A DNA stretch of 64,000 bases from Bacilli bacterium (GCA_017432665.1 JAFRIS010000014.1:4383-68382), one strand, 5' to 3'. Positions 49,123 to 59,748 are shown, numbered from the stretch's first letter. A program made the numbers and translations. Notes: generated by a model not told the origin, from the sequence alone.

Positions 49123-52100
49123 GTGAAGTTTAAAAAATTAGATCAAGGAAAAATTAACGAAGTAGAAAAAAAATATAGTGAGTATTGGGAAAAGAATAAA
49201 GTTTTTGAAAAGAGTATTAAAAATCGTAAAGATAGTGAAAACTTTGTCTTCTATGATGGACCAGCTACTGCGAATGGAATGCCTGGTATTCATCATATGA
49301 TGGCTAAGTTATTAAAAGATACTGTATGTAAATATAAAACTATGCAAGGATATCGTGTAGTTAGAAAAGTTGGTTGGGATACACATGGATTACCAGTAGA
49401 AGTTCAAGTAGAAAAAGAATTAGGCTTTAATGGTAAAGATGATATTGAAAAATATGGTATCAAAGAATTTAATCAAAAATGTCGTGAAAGTGTTTGGAAA
49501 AATGAAGAATACTTTACTAGGTTTACTAGAGAAATGGGACAATTTATTGATTTAGAAAATCCATATGTTACTTATGATAATAATTATATTGAAACTGAAT
49601 GGCATATCTTAAAAAAAATCTTTGATGACGGTTTTATTTATGAAGGATTAAAGATAGTACCTTGGTGTCCACGTTGTGGTACAGGGCTTGCTTCTCATGA
49701 AGTTGCTCAAGGATACAAAGAAATATCTGTTAATACAGTATATGTACCATTCAAAGCTAAAGATGAGGAAAATACTTATTATTTAGCTTGGACAACTACA
49801 CCTTGGACATTACTTTCTAATGTTGCTTTAGTAGTTAATCCTAATGAAACTTATATCAAAGCCTTATCAAAAGGATATAACTTTATCTTAGCTAAGGCTT
49901 TAGCAGATAAAGTACTAGGAGAAGACTATGAAATAGTTAAAGAGTTCAAAGGTAAGGAATTAGAATATCGTGAATATGAACAATTAATTCCAGAATTAAA
50001 GACTCCAAAAGATAAAAAAGCATTCATCGTTGGATGTGGTGACTATGTTACTATGGAAGATGGTACTGGAGTAGTTCATACAGCTCCTGCTTTTGGGCAA
50101 GATGACTATGAAGTTGGTTTAAAATATGACTTAGCTATGTTAAATCCGGTAGGAGAAGATGGATGCTTTACTGAAGGTCCTTGGAAAGGTCGTTTAGTAG
50201 TAGATCCTGCCTTAGAATTAGATATTATTAAGTATTTAGCAGAGAATGATAAATTATTTAAGAAACAAAAGATGAACCATGATTATCCACATTGTTGGAG
50301 ATGTAAAACACCATTAGTTTATTACTCAAAACCATCTTTATATATTAAGACAACTGCTAAGAAAGATGAAATAATAGCCGAAAATAATAAAGTTAATTGG
50401 TTCCCAGATTATGTTGGAGAAAAAAGATTTGGCAACTGGTTAGAAAACATGAATGATTGGGCTATTTCTAGAAATAGATATTGGGGTACACCAATCCCTC
50501 TATGGAAATGTGAATGTGGTCATCAGGAAATGATTGGTTCACGTAAAGAATTAGTAAAAAGAGCAATTGAAGATATTGATGAGACTATCGAATTACATAG
50601 ACCATATGTTGATGATGTTCATATTAAATGTCCACATTGTGGAAAAGAAATGACTAGAATTCCAGATGTAATTGACTGTTGGTTTGATAGTGGAGCTATG
50701 CCTTTTGCGCAATATCATTATCCATTTGAAAATAAAAAACTATTTGAAGAACAATATCCAGCAGACTTTATCTGTGAAGGAATTGATCAAACTCGTGGAT
50801 GGTTCTATTCATTAATAGTTATATCGGTATTTATGACTGGTAAATCTCCATATAAAAATGTTTTAGTAAATGATTTATTATTAGATAAATATGGACAAAA
50901 GATGCATAAGTCTCGTGGAAATGCTATCTCACCATTTGAAATAATGAAAGAATATGGCGCAGATACAGTAAGGTTTTATATGTTACATGCATCTCCAGTA
51001 TGGACTCCATTAAAATTTGATGTAGATGGATTAAAAGAAGTTTATTCAAAATATATTTCAACATTTAAGAATGCTTATTCATTCTTTGAAATGTATGCAA
51101 ATGCTGATCATATAGATCCAAGAGAATATGATATTCCAGTTAAAGATAGAGAACTAATTGATAGATGGTTAATATCTAAATTGAATAAGTTAATTAAGAA
51201 TATAAATGAAGCTTATGCTGAATATGATTTAAATAAAGCAGCTAAGTTAATAGTACCTTTCTTAAATGATGATTTATCTAATTGGTATATTAGAAGTAAT
51301 AGAAGAAGATTCTGGGATTCAGAACTTACTGAAAGTAAAAAGTGCGTATATTTAACTATGTACGAAGCATTAGTTACTTTATGTAAAATATGTGCTACTA
51401 TGACTCCATTTATGACTGAAGAAATCTATCAAAAATTAACTGGAGAAAAATCAGTTCATTTAGCTGATTTCCCAGTGGAAAATACTGACTTAATTGATGA
51501 AGCAGTAGAAGAAAGAATGGACTTAGTAAGAGATGTATGTTCATTAGGTAGATTTGCAAGAGAAGAAGTAAATATCAAAGTACGTCAACCAATTAGTAGT
51601 TTAATTTTACCTAAGAGTGATGAAATGATTATTGGTGATTTATTGCCAGTAATAGAGGAAGAATTAAATGTTAAAGAAGTAGTATTTAAACCTGATATGA
51701 CAGACTATCTAGAGTATATTGTTAAACCTAACTTTAAAGTTCTAGGAAAAGAATTAGGACCTAAGATTAAGGAGTTACAAGAAACATTAAATAAACTATC
51801 TTCTAGTGAAATAGCTAAAATAGCTGAAGAAGGTTTAACTATTAAACTAGCTGGAGAAGACTTTGAACTTAACGAAGAAAATACATTAATTTCTATTAAA
51901 CAGAAAGAAGGTTATGCTTCTACTTCTAATAATAGAACAATAGTAGTACTTGATACTGAACTTACTGAAGAATTAATTTTAGAAGGACTTGCTCGTGAAT
52001 TTGTACGTAAAGTACAATCACTTCGTAAAGAAGCAGATTTTGTAATTACTGATCATATTAAAGTTTACTATAATGGTACTGATCAAATAGATAAGATGTT

Positions 52101-52230
52101 AGAACTTTATAAAGATTATGTAATGGGAGAAGTACTTGGTGATGAATTAATTAAAGATGTTGGTTTAAAAGATAAATATAAATGTGAACTTAATGATGAA
52201 GAAGCATATATAAAAGTAGAAAGAGTATAA
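49123..52230 (+). CDS. ileS: Isoleucine--tRNA ligase, type 2 (long, eukaryote-like form)
   Basis: 1035 aa. Editing and anticodon-binding regions are recognisable. The signature motifs are atypical (GIHH in place of HxGH; KMHKS). Confidence 0.9.
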   Translation: MKFKKLDQGKINEVEKKYSEYWEKNKVFEKSIKNRKDSENFVFYDGPATANGMPGIHHMMAKLLKDTVCKYKTMQGYRVVRKVGWDTHGLPVEVQVEKELGFNGKDDIEKYGIKEFNQKCRESVWKNEEYFTRFTREMGQFIDLENPYVTYDNNYIETEWHILKKIFDDGFIYEGLKIVPWCPRCGTGLASHEVAQGYKEISVNTVYVPFKAKDEENTYYLAWTTTPWTLLSNVALVVNPNETYIKALSKGYNFILAKALADKVLGEDYEIVKEFKGKELEYREYEQLIPELKTPKDKKAFIVGCGDYVTMEDGTGVVHTAPAFGQDDYEVGLKYDLAMLNPVGEDGCFTEGPWKGRLVVDPALELDIIKYLAENDKLFKKQKMNHDYPHCWRCKTPLVYYSKPSLYIKTTAKKDEIIAENNKVNWFPDYVGEKRFGNWLENMNDWAISRNRYWGTPIPLWKCECGHQEMIGSRKELVKRAIEDIDETIELHRPYVDDVHIKCPHCGKEMTRIPDVIDCWFDSGAMPFAQYHYPFENKKLFEEQYPADFICEGIDQTRGWFYSLIVISVFMTGKSPYKNVLVNDLLLDKYGQKMHKSRGNAISPFEIMKEYGADTVRFYMLHASPVWTPLKFDVDGLKEVYSKYISTFKNAYSFFEMYANADHIDPREYDIPVKDRELIDRWLISKLNKLIKNINEAYAEYDLNKAAKLIVPFLNDDLSNWYIRSNRRRFWDSELTESKKCVYLTMYEALVTLCKICATMTPFMTEEIYQKLTGEKSVHLADFPVENTDLIDEAVEERMDLVRDVCSLGRFAREEVNIKVRQPISSLILPKSDEMIIGDLLPVIEEELNVKEVVFKPDMTDYLEYIVKPNFKVLGKELGPKIKELQETLNKLSSSEIAKIAEEGLTIKLAGEDFELNEENTLISIKQKEGYASTSNNRTIVVLDTELTEELILEGLAREFVRKVQSLRKEADFVITDHIKVYYNGTDQIDKMLELYKDYVMGEVLGDELIKDVGLKDKYKCELNDEEAYIKVERV

Positions 52231-52332
52231 CTCTTTCTTTTTTTTGTGCTTTACACTGTAAAGTACAATATTACTGCGTATTTCTAGAAATCAAGAATAA
52301 GCGATGTTAGAATATAATAAAGAAGGTGTTTT

Positions 52333-53214
52333 ATGAAAAAACTAATAGAAAACAAAGAAAAAGTAAAGACAATTATAATAATTATATTATTAATAGTGAT
52401 TGCCTTTTTATGTTTAAGAGTTAATTTTGAAAAAAGTACTGTAGCTAGATATAGAGATAAGTTGAATGAAAAAAGATGCCCTAGTATTAATCATACTAAT
52501 AGTAATTCAACAATTGAAGATACAACGCCAGAAAATAATAACGGAGTTGTAGAAGATTCGCAAGAAGAAAAAACAAAATATGAAAAGATATTAGAAAGAT
52601 ATACTTTTGGAGATTCTCATTTTGATAATTGGTTATCTATATTATTTAAAGAGCAACTTAATGATAAAAACAAACTTTATATAACGCTAAACAATAGTTA
52701 TCTAATAAGAGAAACTACTAGCTTAAAATGTAAAGAGTTACTTCCTAATTTAAATATTGAAGATGATAGAAATTCAGAAAGTATTAAAGTTGATGGCAGA
52801 ACTGCCTATTGCGAGGCTACCAACTCTTATTACGATTATGAAAAGCTAAATGCTGAATATCATAGTCTATTTGGTAAATCATCTGATTTGCCTAAAATAA
52901 AAGGAATTGTTTCTTTTAGTAACATTTCAGAATACTATCCTCCAGTTGCCTATAGTGATAAAATGGGTGGATATGTCAATTTAAGCTATCGTGGTGGTGG
53001 AATAAGAGGGCCTAATAAATTTTATAAAATTGTTGATACTAAAGAAGAAGAAAACAAACTTACTATTGAAATTAAATATAAAGAATTACCTGAACCTAAA
53101 CATATGAGTGATGATGAATTTGAAGAAATGTTTAATGATGAGAGTTTGAAGAAGTATCGTTTCAATTTTGAAAAAGATTCCTATAAGTATTATTTAAAAA
53201 GTATAGATGGTTAA
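52333..53214 (+). CDS. Hypothetical N-anchored protein
   Basis: 293 aa with a single N-terminal TM. Confidence 0.4.
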   Translation: MKKLIENKEKVKTIIIIILLIVIAFLCLRVNFEKSTVARYRDKLNEKRCPSINHTNSNSTIEDTTPENNNGVVEDSQEEKTKYEKILERYTFGDSHFDNWLSILFKEQLNDKNKLYITLNNSYLIRETTSLKCKELLPNLNIEDDRNSESIKVDGRTAYCEATNSYYDYEKLNAEYHSLFGKSSDLPKIKGIVSFSNISEYYPPVAYSDKMGGYVNLSYRGGGIRGPNKFYKIVDTKEEENKLTIEIKYKELPEPKHMSDDEFEEMFNDESLKKYRFNFEKDSYKYYLKSIDG

Positions 53215-53224
53215 TAAACAAACA

Positions 53225-53251
53225 AGAAAGAATTAGATTCTTTCTTTTTTT
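53225..53251 (+). terminator. Rho-independent terminator
   Basis: AGAAAGAAT-tag-ATTCTTTCT followed by a T6 run. Confidence 0.65.
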
Positions 53252-53293
53252 GCTAAGTTATTGTAAAATATTAGTGTATTATAGGAGGTATTT

Positions 53294-54037
53294 ATGAAAA
53301 ACATAGTTGCCTTAGTAACTGGCAGTAATCGTGGTATTGGTAAAGCCTGTGTAGAAGAATTTGCTAAAGCAGGAGTAAATGTTGTAATTAATTATTGTCA
53401 TCATGAGAGTGAAGCAAAAGAATTAGAAAAGTATATTAAAGAAACATACAAAGTAAAAGTACTAACTATTAAGTGTGATGTCTCTAATGAAGAAGAAGTA
53501 GAACAAATGACTAATACCATTATTGATACTTTTGGTGGAATAGATATTTTAGTTAATAATGCTGGAGTATGTAGAGATAGTTTATTATTAGATAAGAATA
53601 TTAAAGAATTTAAAAGAATACTTGATGTTAATATTATTGGTACTTATCTATGTAGTAAATATGTTGGTAAAGCTATGTTACATGCTAAGAAAGGTAAAAT
53701 AATTAATATTAGTAGTACTAATGCTCTTGATACTTTTTATCCTGAGAGTTGTGACTATGATGCTTCTAAAGCAGGAGTTATTTCTTTAACTCATAACTTA
53801 GCTCGTGAATTTGCTCCATTTATTAATGTTAATTGTGTTTGTCCAGGATGGGTAAATACTTCTATGAATAAAGATTTAAGTTTAGAACAAATTAATAAAG
53901 AAAAGAAAAAAATATTATTAGGAAGAATGGCTGAAGCAGATGAAATAGCTAAAGTAGTAGTTTTCTTAGCTAGTTCTAAAGCTAATTATATAAATGATTC
54001 TATAATTCGTGTTGATGGTGGAAAATTTAATGGATAA
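53294..54037 (+). CDS. SDR-family oxidoreductase, FabG-like 3-oxoacyl-ACP reductase
   Basis: TGSNRGIG cofactor motif, NNAG, and the catalytic YDASK. Confidence 0.75.
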   Translation: MKNIVALVTGSNRGIGKACVEEFAKAGVNVVINYCHHESEAKELEKYIKETYKVKVLTIKCDVSNEEEVEQMTNTIIDTFGGIDILVNNAGVCRDSLLLDKNIKEFKRILDVNIIGTYLCSKYVGKAMLHAKKGKIINISSTNALDTFYPESCDYDASKAGVISLTHNLAREFAPFINVNCVCPGWVNTSMNKDLSLEQINKEKKKILLGRMAEADEIAKVVVFLASSKANYINDSIIRVDGGKFNG

Positions 54038-54068
54038 GTAGTATAATATGCGAGAAGGGAATGATCAG

Positions 54069-55313
54069 ATGAATATAGACAGTAAAGTAATAGAACTAGT
54101 TAATTCATGTGAAAAGTCTTGTCTAGAAGAATTTAAGAAAATAGATGAGTTGTGTGACTATAATAGTTTAAAAGTATTAACTGCTTTTCATAATAATGAA
54201 GTAACTGAATCCGCTTTTAATTCAACTACTGGTTATGGATATCATGATTATGGTAGAGAAAAAATTGAGTGTATATTTAGAGATGTTTTAGGTGCAGAAG
54301 ATGCTTTAGTTAGAAGTCAATTTATTTCTGGTTCGCATGCTTTAAATGTTTGTTTCTTTGGACTTCTTCGTCCAGGAGATATATTACTTAGTATTAGTGG
54401 TAAACCATATGATACTCTAGATCAAGTAATTGGTATTAAAGATAATCCAAGTTCATTAAAAAGTTTTGGAGTTGAATATCATCAAATTGAATTAGTTGAT
54501 GATGACTTTGATTATGATAGTATTAAAGATTTTATAAGTAATAATAAAGTTAAAGTAATAGAAATACAAAGAAGTAAAGGTTATTCTACTAGAAAAAGTC
54601 TTAGTTTAGAAAAACTAGAAAAAGTAATTAAAATGATTAAAGAAATAGATAAAGATATTATTATTATGGTAGATAACTGTTATTGTGAATTTGTGAGTAA
54701 GAAAGAACCTACTTCAGTAGGTGCAGATATTATAGTTGGTTCTTTAATCAAGAATTTAGGTGGAGGTATAGCTCCTAATGGAGCTTATATTGCTGGTAGA
54801 CATGATTTAGTTGAATTATGCGCTGAAAGATTAACACTTCCTGGAGAAGGTAGAGAAGTAGGACCTACTTTAGGTATTAATAAGAGTTTATTACAAGGTA
54901 TTTATATGGCTCCTAGTGTAGTTGCTTCCTCACTTAAAACTGCTGTTTTAACAAGTAAAGTATTAAGTGATTTAGGATATGAAGTAGATCCTAAATATAA
55001 TGAAGAAAGAGTAGATATAGTTCAAAATATTATTTTCAAAGATCCTAATAAATTAATAGAGTTTACTAGAGGTATTCAACAAGGATCTGCTATTGATTCT
55101 AATGCTTTAGTTGAACCTAGTGATATGCCTGGTTATGAAGATAAAATAATTATGGCTAGTGGTTCATTTACTCAAGGATCATCAATAGAGCTATCTTGTG
55201 ATGGACCATTAAGAGAACCATATATTGCTTATATGCAAGGATCAATAACTTATAATTACGGAAAAATTGGTTTAATGAAAGCCGTTGATAGATTAGTGAA
55301 GGAGGTAAATTAA
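54069..55313 (+). CDS. Methionine gamma-lyase family / aluminium-resistance (YnbB-like) PLP-dependent protein
   Basis: Family-typical N-terminal segment and a PLP-fold region. The ATG at 54069 follows an RBS. Confidence 0.65.
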   Translation: MNIDSKVIELVNSCEKSCLEEFKKIDELCDYNSLKVLTAFHNNEVTESAFNSTTGYGYHDYGREKIECIFRDVLGAEDALVRSQFISGSHALNVCFFGLLRPGDILLSISGKPYDTLDQVIGIKDNPSSLKSFGVEYHQIELVDDDFDYDSIKDFISNNKVKVIEIQRSKGYSTRKSLSLEKLEKVIKMIKEIDKDIIIMVDNCYCEFVSKKEPTSVGADIIVGSLIKNLGGGIAPNGAYIAGRHDLVELCAERLTLPGEGREVGPTLGINKSLLQGIYMAPSVVASSLKTAVLTSKVLSDLGYEVDPKYNEERVDIVQNIIFKDPNKLIEFTRGIQQGSAIDSNALVEPSDMPGYEDKIIMASGSFTQGSSIELSCDGPLREPYIAYMQGSITYNYGKIGLMKAVDRLVKEVN

Positions 55314-55913
55314 ATGGATTATTTAGAATACTTACCTAATTTAGATATACCACCTTCTTTTTTAATAGTATTATTGCTAATGTTGTTATTTTTGGGCATA
55401 GTTATGTTTGTTGCAAGTATTCTTTCAGTTATTGGAAAATGGACAATGTTTAAAAAGGCTGGTAAAGATGGTTGGGCTGCGATAATACCTATTTATGATT
55501 TAGTAGTATTGTGCCAAATTTCTGGAGTTAATCCTTGGTGGATTGTAATCCTTATTGTCAGTAGATTGGCGGGTGGAGTATTTCCAATACTAGGGTTTTC
55601 TCTAGCTGTTATAACTTCTATATATTTTAAAATTATTTTATATGTTAGTATAGCTCGAAGTTATGGAAAAAGCGATGCCTATGCAATAGGAATATATTTC
55701 TTAAGACCATTTTTCTTCTTTGCTTTAGGTGTAGGTAGTAGTAGATATCAAGGAGCAAATCCGCTTAAAGATACAGTTTTAGAAGCGGTGGGTATTAATC
55801 CTCAAACAGAGTCAACAGTAGAAAAGGATGAAAATACTATTTGCAAAAACTGTGGAGAACAAAATTTAAAAAGTTCAAAATTCTGTACTAGTTGCGGAAA
55901 AGAATTAAAGTGA
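55314..55913 (+). CDS. Membrane protein with a C-terminal zinc-ribbon (CxxC...CxxC)
   Basis: 4 TM helices, then CKNCG...CTSCG at the C-terminus. Confidence 0.5.
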   Translation: MDYLEYLPNLDIPPSFLIVLLLMLLFLGIVMFVASILSVIGKWTMFKKAGKDGWAAIIPIYDLVVLCQISGVNPWWIVILIVSRLAGGVFPILGFSLAVITSIYFKIILYVSIARSYGKSDAYAIGIYFLRPFFFFALGVGSSRYQGANPLKDTVLEAVGINPQTESTVEKDENTICKNCGEQNLKSSKFCTSCGKELK

Positions 55914-55928
55914 TATAGTTAAAAGTAC

Positions 55929-55957
55929 TTGAAAAATAAGTACTTTTATTGTATAAT
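55929..55957 (+). promoter_or_regulatory. Sigma-A-type promoter TTGAAA-N17-TATAAT for the tRNA
   Basis: Near-consensus hexamers with a 17-nt spacer. The -10 ends about 20 nt before the tRNA 5' end. Confidence 0.55.
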
Positions 55958-55976
55958 TATATTCGTCAGTTGATAT

Positions 55977-56053
55977 GTCTGCGTAGCTCAGCTGGATAGA
56001 GCAATCGCCTTCTAAGCGATCGGTCAGGCGTTCGAGTCGCCTCGCGGACACCA
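55977..56053 (+). tRNA. tRNA-Arg (anticodon TCT), with encoded CCA
   Basis: Folded by hand. 7-bp acceptor stem with one G-U pair, D-arm GCUC/AGCUGGAUA/GAGC, anticodon loop CUUCUAA, T-loop TTCGAGT and 3' ACCA. Confidence 0.9.
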
Positions 56054-56064
56054 TATTGACTAAG

Positions 56065-56090
56065 AAACGACCTGAAGGTCGTTTTTATTT
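56065..56090 (+). terminator. Rho-independent terminator after the tRNA
   Basis: AACGACC-tgaa-GGTCGTT followed by a T run. Confidence 0.7.
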
Positions 56091-56142
56091 TGTTTCTTGT
56101 TTTTTGTCAATGTTATAGATATAATAAGTCTAGGTGATATAT

Positions 56143-57150
56143 ATGAAAGTTCTTTTATACACTGAAGGAGAAAAAACTTTTTCTAAAAGTGGTTTAGGTA
56201 AAGCTATTAAGCATCAAATGAAAGCTTTAGAGAGTCAAGGAATAGAATATACTACAAATATTAAGGATAAAGATTATGATATTATTCATATAAATTTCTA
56301 TGGACCTAAATCAGTACATATGGCTAAAAAAGCTCATAAGGAAGGTAAAAAAGTAGTTTATCATGCTCATAGTACCGAAGAAGACTTTAGAGGAGGATTT
56401 ATCTTTTCTAAACAAATAGCTCCATTATTTAAAAAGTGGTTAATTAGGTGCTACAACCTAGGAGATGTAATAGTTACACCAACACCATATTCTAAACGTA
56501 TATTAGAAGGCTATGGTATTAAGAAAAAAATCTATGCTATATCTAATGGTATTGATCTTGAAACTTTTAAGCCTAATAAAGAATTAGGAAAATCTTTTAG
56601 AGAAAGATATAAACTTAAAGCAGATGATAAAGTAATTATTGGAGTAGGTTTATATATTAGTAGAAAAGGTATAGTAGACTTTGTAGAATTAGCTAAAAGA
56701 TTACCAGAATATAAATTTATTTGGTTTGGATATAGTCCTTTAAGTGCCGCAACAAAAGATGTTCGAAAAGCAGTTAATACAAAACTTCCTAATCTACAAT
56801 TTCCAGGTTATGTAGAACAAAAAGATATTATTGGTGGTATGAATGGTTGTGATGTTTATATCTTCCCAACATTCGAAGAAACAGAAGGTATTCCAATAAT
56901 TGAAGCTTGTGCTTGTAAAGCAAATGCTATTGTTAGAGATATACCAATATTTGAAGAATGGTTAGAAGATGGCAAAAATGTTTACAAAGCTAAAGATGTA
57001 AATGAATTTGAAGAGAAAATTAAAAAAATAATTAATAAAGAATTACCACCATTAGGAGAAAAAGCTTATAAAGTGGCTGCGGATAGAGATATTAAGAAAG
57101 TTGGAGAACAGTTGAAAAAAGTTTACACAGAAGTGTTAACTAAAATGTAA
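56143..57150 (+). CDS. GT4-family glycosyltransferase
   Basis: C-terminal GT4 motif (EGIPIIEACACKANAI...D). The ATG at 56143 follows an AGGTGA RBS. Confidence 0.75.
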   Translation: MKVLLYTEGEKTFSKSGLGKAIKHQMKALESQGIEYTTNIKDKDYDIIHINFYGPKSVHMAKKAHKEGKKVVYHAHSTEEDFRGGFIFSKQIAPLFKKWLIRCYNLGDVIVTPTPYSKRILEGYGIKKKIYAISNGIDLETFKPNKELGKSFRERYKLKADDKVIIGVGLYISRKGIVDFVELAKRLPEYKFIWFGYSPLSAATKDVRKAVNTKLPNLQFPGYVEQKDIIGGMNGCDVYIFPTFEETEGIPIIEACACKANAIVRDIPIFEEWLEDGKNVYKAKDVNEFEEKIKKIINKELPPLGEKAYKVAADRDIKKVGEQLKKVYTEVLTKM

Positions 57151-57176
57151 AAATCATTATTAAATAATTTCTAGTA

Positions 57177-57204
57177 TTGACAAATTTCAAAAATATCTTA
57201 TAAT
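57177..57204 (+). promoter_or_regulatory. Consensus sigma-A promoter TTGACA-N16-TATAAT firing into an ORF-poor region
   Basis: Perfect -35 and -10 hexamers. No convincing CDS lies downstream for about 650 bp. Confidence 0.55.
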
Positions 57205-57858
57205 GAAAATACAAACTAGTATTGTATGAGTAACTGATAATAAAGAAGAAAAGTTTATTGTTTAATTACGATTACTATTATTATTGTTGTTAGAACGATA
57301 TAGTTTATATTAAATATTTTCATTAATTTTTAATTAATTTCTTTATTTAATATGTTTATGCTATATTACTAATAATATTTTTTAATAAGGATAGTTGTGA
57401 TAATAGTAAATTTTTTGTATAAAAATATCGGCCTTGTATATTCTATAGATTTAAAATTATCAAGACTAGTTTGGTACAATTTTTTTGGAGAAAGACAACT
57501 TCAGAATGAGTTATACATGATTACTGATAATAGTTATGTATATATAAAACTCGGATTTAGATCTTTGGATATAAATCTTATTGAATATTCTAATAGATAT
57601 TTTGCTTTGATTAATCGGAGAAATTGAGGTTAATGATTTTGAGCGGAAAAATCTTGTTCGCTATTAGAAATAAGAATTGTATTTGGGGAAGGAAAACCCC
57701 ATAATGATAATAGATGAAACAATCAACGATTTGTTGAAATCTATCTAAACAAACCAATAATATTACTTTTTTATCAGAAAATAATATTATCTACAAAATA
57801 TATTAGTCATATATTTTTAAAAGTATGAAAACATCGTTGATTTCATATTTTTTTTTGT

Positions 57859-57886
57859 GCAAAAAAAACATCACTTAGTGATGTTT
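57859..57886 (-). terminator. Rho-independent terminator for the SEDS gene (hairpin overlapping its stop codon)
   Basis: AACATCAC-tta-GTGATGTT with an A8 run on the plus strand, i.e. a T8 run on the minus strand. Confidence 0.6.
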
Positions 57887-59012
57887 ATTTATATTTATAG
57901 GTTCTATTCTTTTTGATGGATATATTTAATAATATTCCAACTATTAACATATATGATAATAAGCTACTACCTCCATATGATACAAAAGGTAGAGTAATAC
58001 CCATAATTGGTAACAGGCCTACAGTCATACCAATATTTTGTACTTGCTGAAAGATAATCATTCCTAAGATACCAGAGATAATAAATTTATCAGTATCTTC
58101 TATTTTTTTTCTAGCTAAGAGAATGATTTGAATATCTAAGTAAAAGATAATACTAAGTAGAATAATAACTCCAATCAAACCGAAATTAGAGGCATATACA
58201 GCGAAGATAAAATCAGTAGATGATTCAGGAAAATAGATAGGGGTTTTATTATACCCATGACCAAATAAACCAGCTGATCCAATAGCTGCTAAAGCGTTTT
58301 CTAATTGTAATCCAGAACCATTTTGCCAATTGAAAATTCTATCTAAACGATAATAAATAGATGTACCAAATACTTTGATAAAGATATTTTCTTTTAAGAA
58401 ATATAGTCCTAAAACAGAACTAACTATAATTATTAATAAAGAGATTGCCCCTATAAACCATCTTATTCTGATACCACTAGTAAACATCATAGAAAAATAA
58501 ATAATTAAATAAATTAAAACAGCTCCTGTATCTGGTTGTAAAAAAGTTAAAATAGATGGTATTAAAACAACACCAACTGTCTTTAAGATAAAAATAAATT
58601 CTTCTTTTATGGTTGGATTTTTATAATCACTTCTAAAATTATGAATCATAGTAGCTAGTATTAGCATAATAAATATTTTCATAAATTCACTTGGTTGAAA
58701 ACTGCCAATTCCTGGTATAGTAAACCAACATCTACTGTTATTAATTGGGGTCCCAAAGAATAATAATAGTAATAATAATATATTTCCAATTATATATAAA
58801 GGCCAAGATAAGTTATATAAATACTGATTTTTATATTTACTTAAAAAAATTACTAAAATCCAGCCAATTATGTACCAAATTGCTTGCTTTAAAGCTAAAT
58901 TACCTAAATTAGGAGAGGTATAAGTTAAAGCACTATTGATAGTAAAAATACTAATTATTGATAATAAAATAATTGGAACTAGTATTTTGTAATTAATTTT
59001 ATAGTTTTTCAC
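57885..59012 (-). CDS. SEDS-family peptidoglycan glycosyltransferase (FtsW/RodA/SpoVE)
   Basis: About 10 TM helices and a conserved SEDS periplasmic loop (QPSEFMK). Confidence 0.8.
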   Translation of the reverse strand: MKNYKINYKILVPIILLSIISIFTINSALTYTSPNLGNLALKQAIWYIIGWILVIFLSKYKNQYLYNLSWPLYIIGNILLLLLLFFGTPINNSRCWFTIPGIGSFQPSEFMKIFIMLILATMIHNFRSDYKNPTIKEEFIFILKTVGVVLIPSILTFLQPDTGAVLIYLIIYFSMMFTSGIRIRWFIGAISLLIIIVSSVLGLYFLKENIFIKVFGTSIYYRLDRIFNWQNGSGLQLENALAAIGSAGLFGHGYNKTPIYFPESSTDFIFAVYASNFGLIGVIILLSIIFYLDIQIILLARKKIEDTDKFIISGILGMIIFQQVQNIGMTVGLLPIMGITLPFVSYGGSSLLSYMLIVGILLNISIKKNRTYKYK

Positions 59013-59152
59013 AAGATACCTCCTTCGTTAATATTATACCAAATTATATATAAAATAAAAGTGTAAAGAAAGTGTATATATTGCTTAATTTGTTGAAAAT
59101 TATACAATAAAAATGTAAAATTAATTTATAAGATAGTATGGAGGTGAGTAAT

Positions 59153-59455
59153 ATGGCAGTACATGTTACGATGGAAACATTAAAAGAATGGAATTCACAA
59201 GTTAGTGTTGGACTTGCAGATTATAAGCAAGCTATGCAAAAAGTAGAAAGAGTAGTTAATCAAGTAAAAGATGGAGACATTGCAGGAGATCCAGCTACAG
59301 CTTTTGAAAATGAATATGAGAAAGTTCGTGACTTTTTACTTGTGCAAATTCCAAATAAATTTCAAGAAGTAATCGAATTGATTGAAGGAAAAGAAAAAGA
59401 GTTAGATAAGACTATTGAAAGTATTAATAGTAGAACTAACTGGACTGCGAGATAG
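59153..59455 (+). CDS. Small alpha-helical protein, about 100 aa (WXG100-like / LXG-associated helical partner-like)
   Basis: Helical and of WXG100-family size, but without a canonical W-x-G. It is the first of three small genes ahead of a large protein. Confidence 0.35.
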   Translation: MAVHVTMETLKEWNSQVSVGLADYKQAMQKVERVVNQVKDGDIAGDPATAFENEYEKVRDFLLVQIPNKFQEVIELIEGKEKELDKTIESINSRTNWTAR

Positions 59456-59469
59456 TAAGGGAGGATATT

Positions 59470-59748
59470 ATGGGACAAATAACTGTACAAGAAGGGCGTT
59501 CTTATCAAGATGCTCAAGATTTAAAAAATATTGTAGCAAGAGCAAGAGCAGATGCTGAAGACTTATTAGAAAAAGTAAAGAAAATAGTTAATTCAGATTT
59601 ATCTTTAAATTGGGCTGATGAAGAATTAGAAAACTGGAAAAAGTTTGCTGAAACTGATATGGAACAAGTTTTTGCTAGTGTAACTTCAGGAGCTCAATCA
59701 TTAGAATCAGCTATTGAAGAAGCACTTAAATATAGTAAAGGCCAATGA
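59470..59748 (+). CDS. Small alpha-helical protein, 92 aa (WXG100-like)
   Basis: Helical hairpin-sized. NWADEE lies at the mid-point. Confidence 0.35.
   Translation: MGQITVQEGRSYQDAQDLKNIVARARADAEDLLEKVKKIVNSDLSLNWADEELENWKKFAETDMEQVFASVTSGAQSLESAIEEALKYSKGQ

Noticed and set aside
55977-56053. tRNA-Arg as an integration hotspot
   Set aside because: The genes on either side are ordinary metabolic or cell-envelope genes. There is no integrase and no duplicated tRNA 3' end nearby.
57397-57627. 76-aa GTG-initiated ORF in the long intergenic region
   Set aside because: The RBS spacing is too short (3-4 nt), and the product has no hydrophobic or recognisable features. It is kept only as an alternative to the ncRNA hypothesis.
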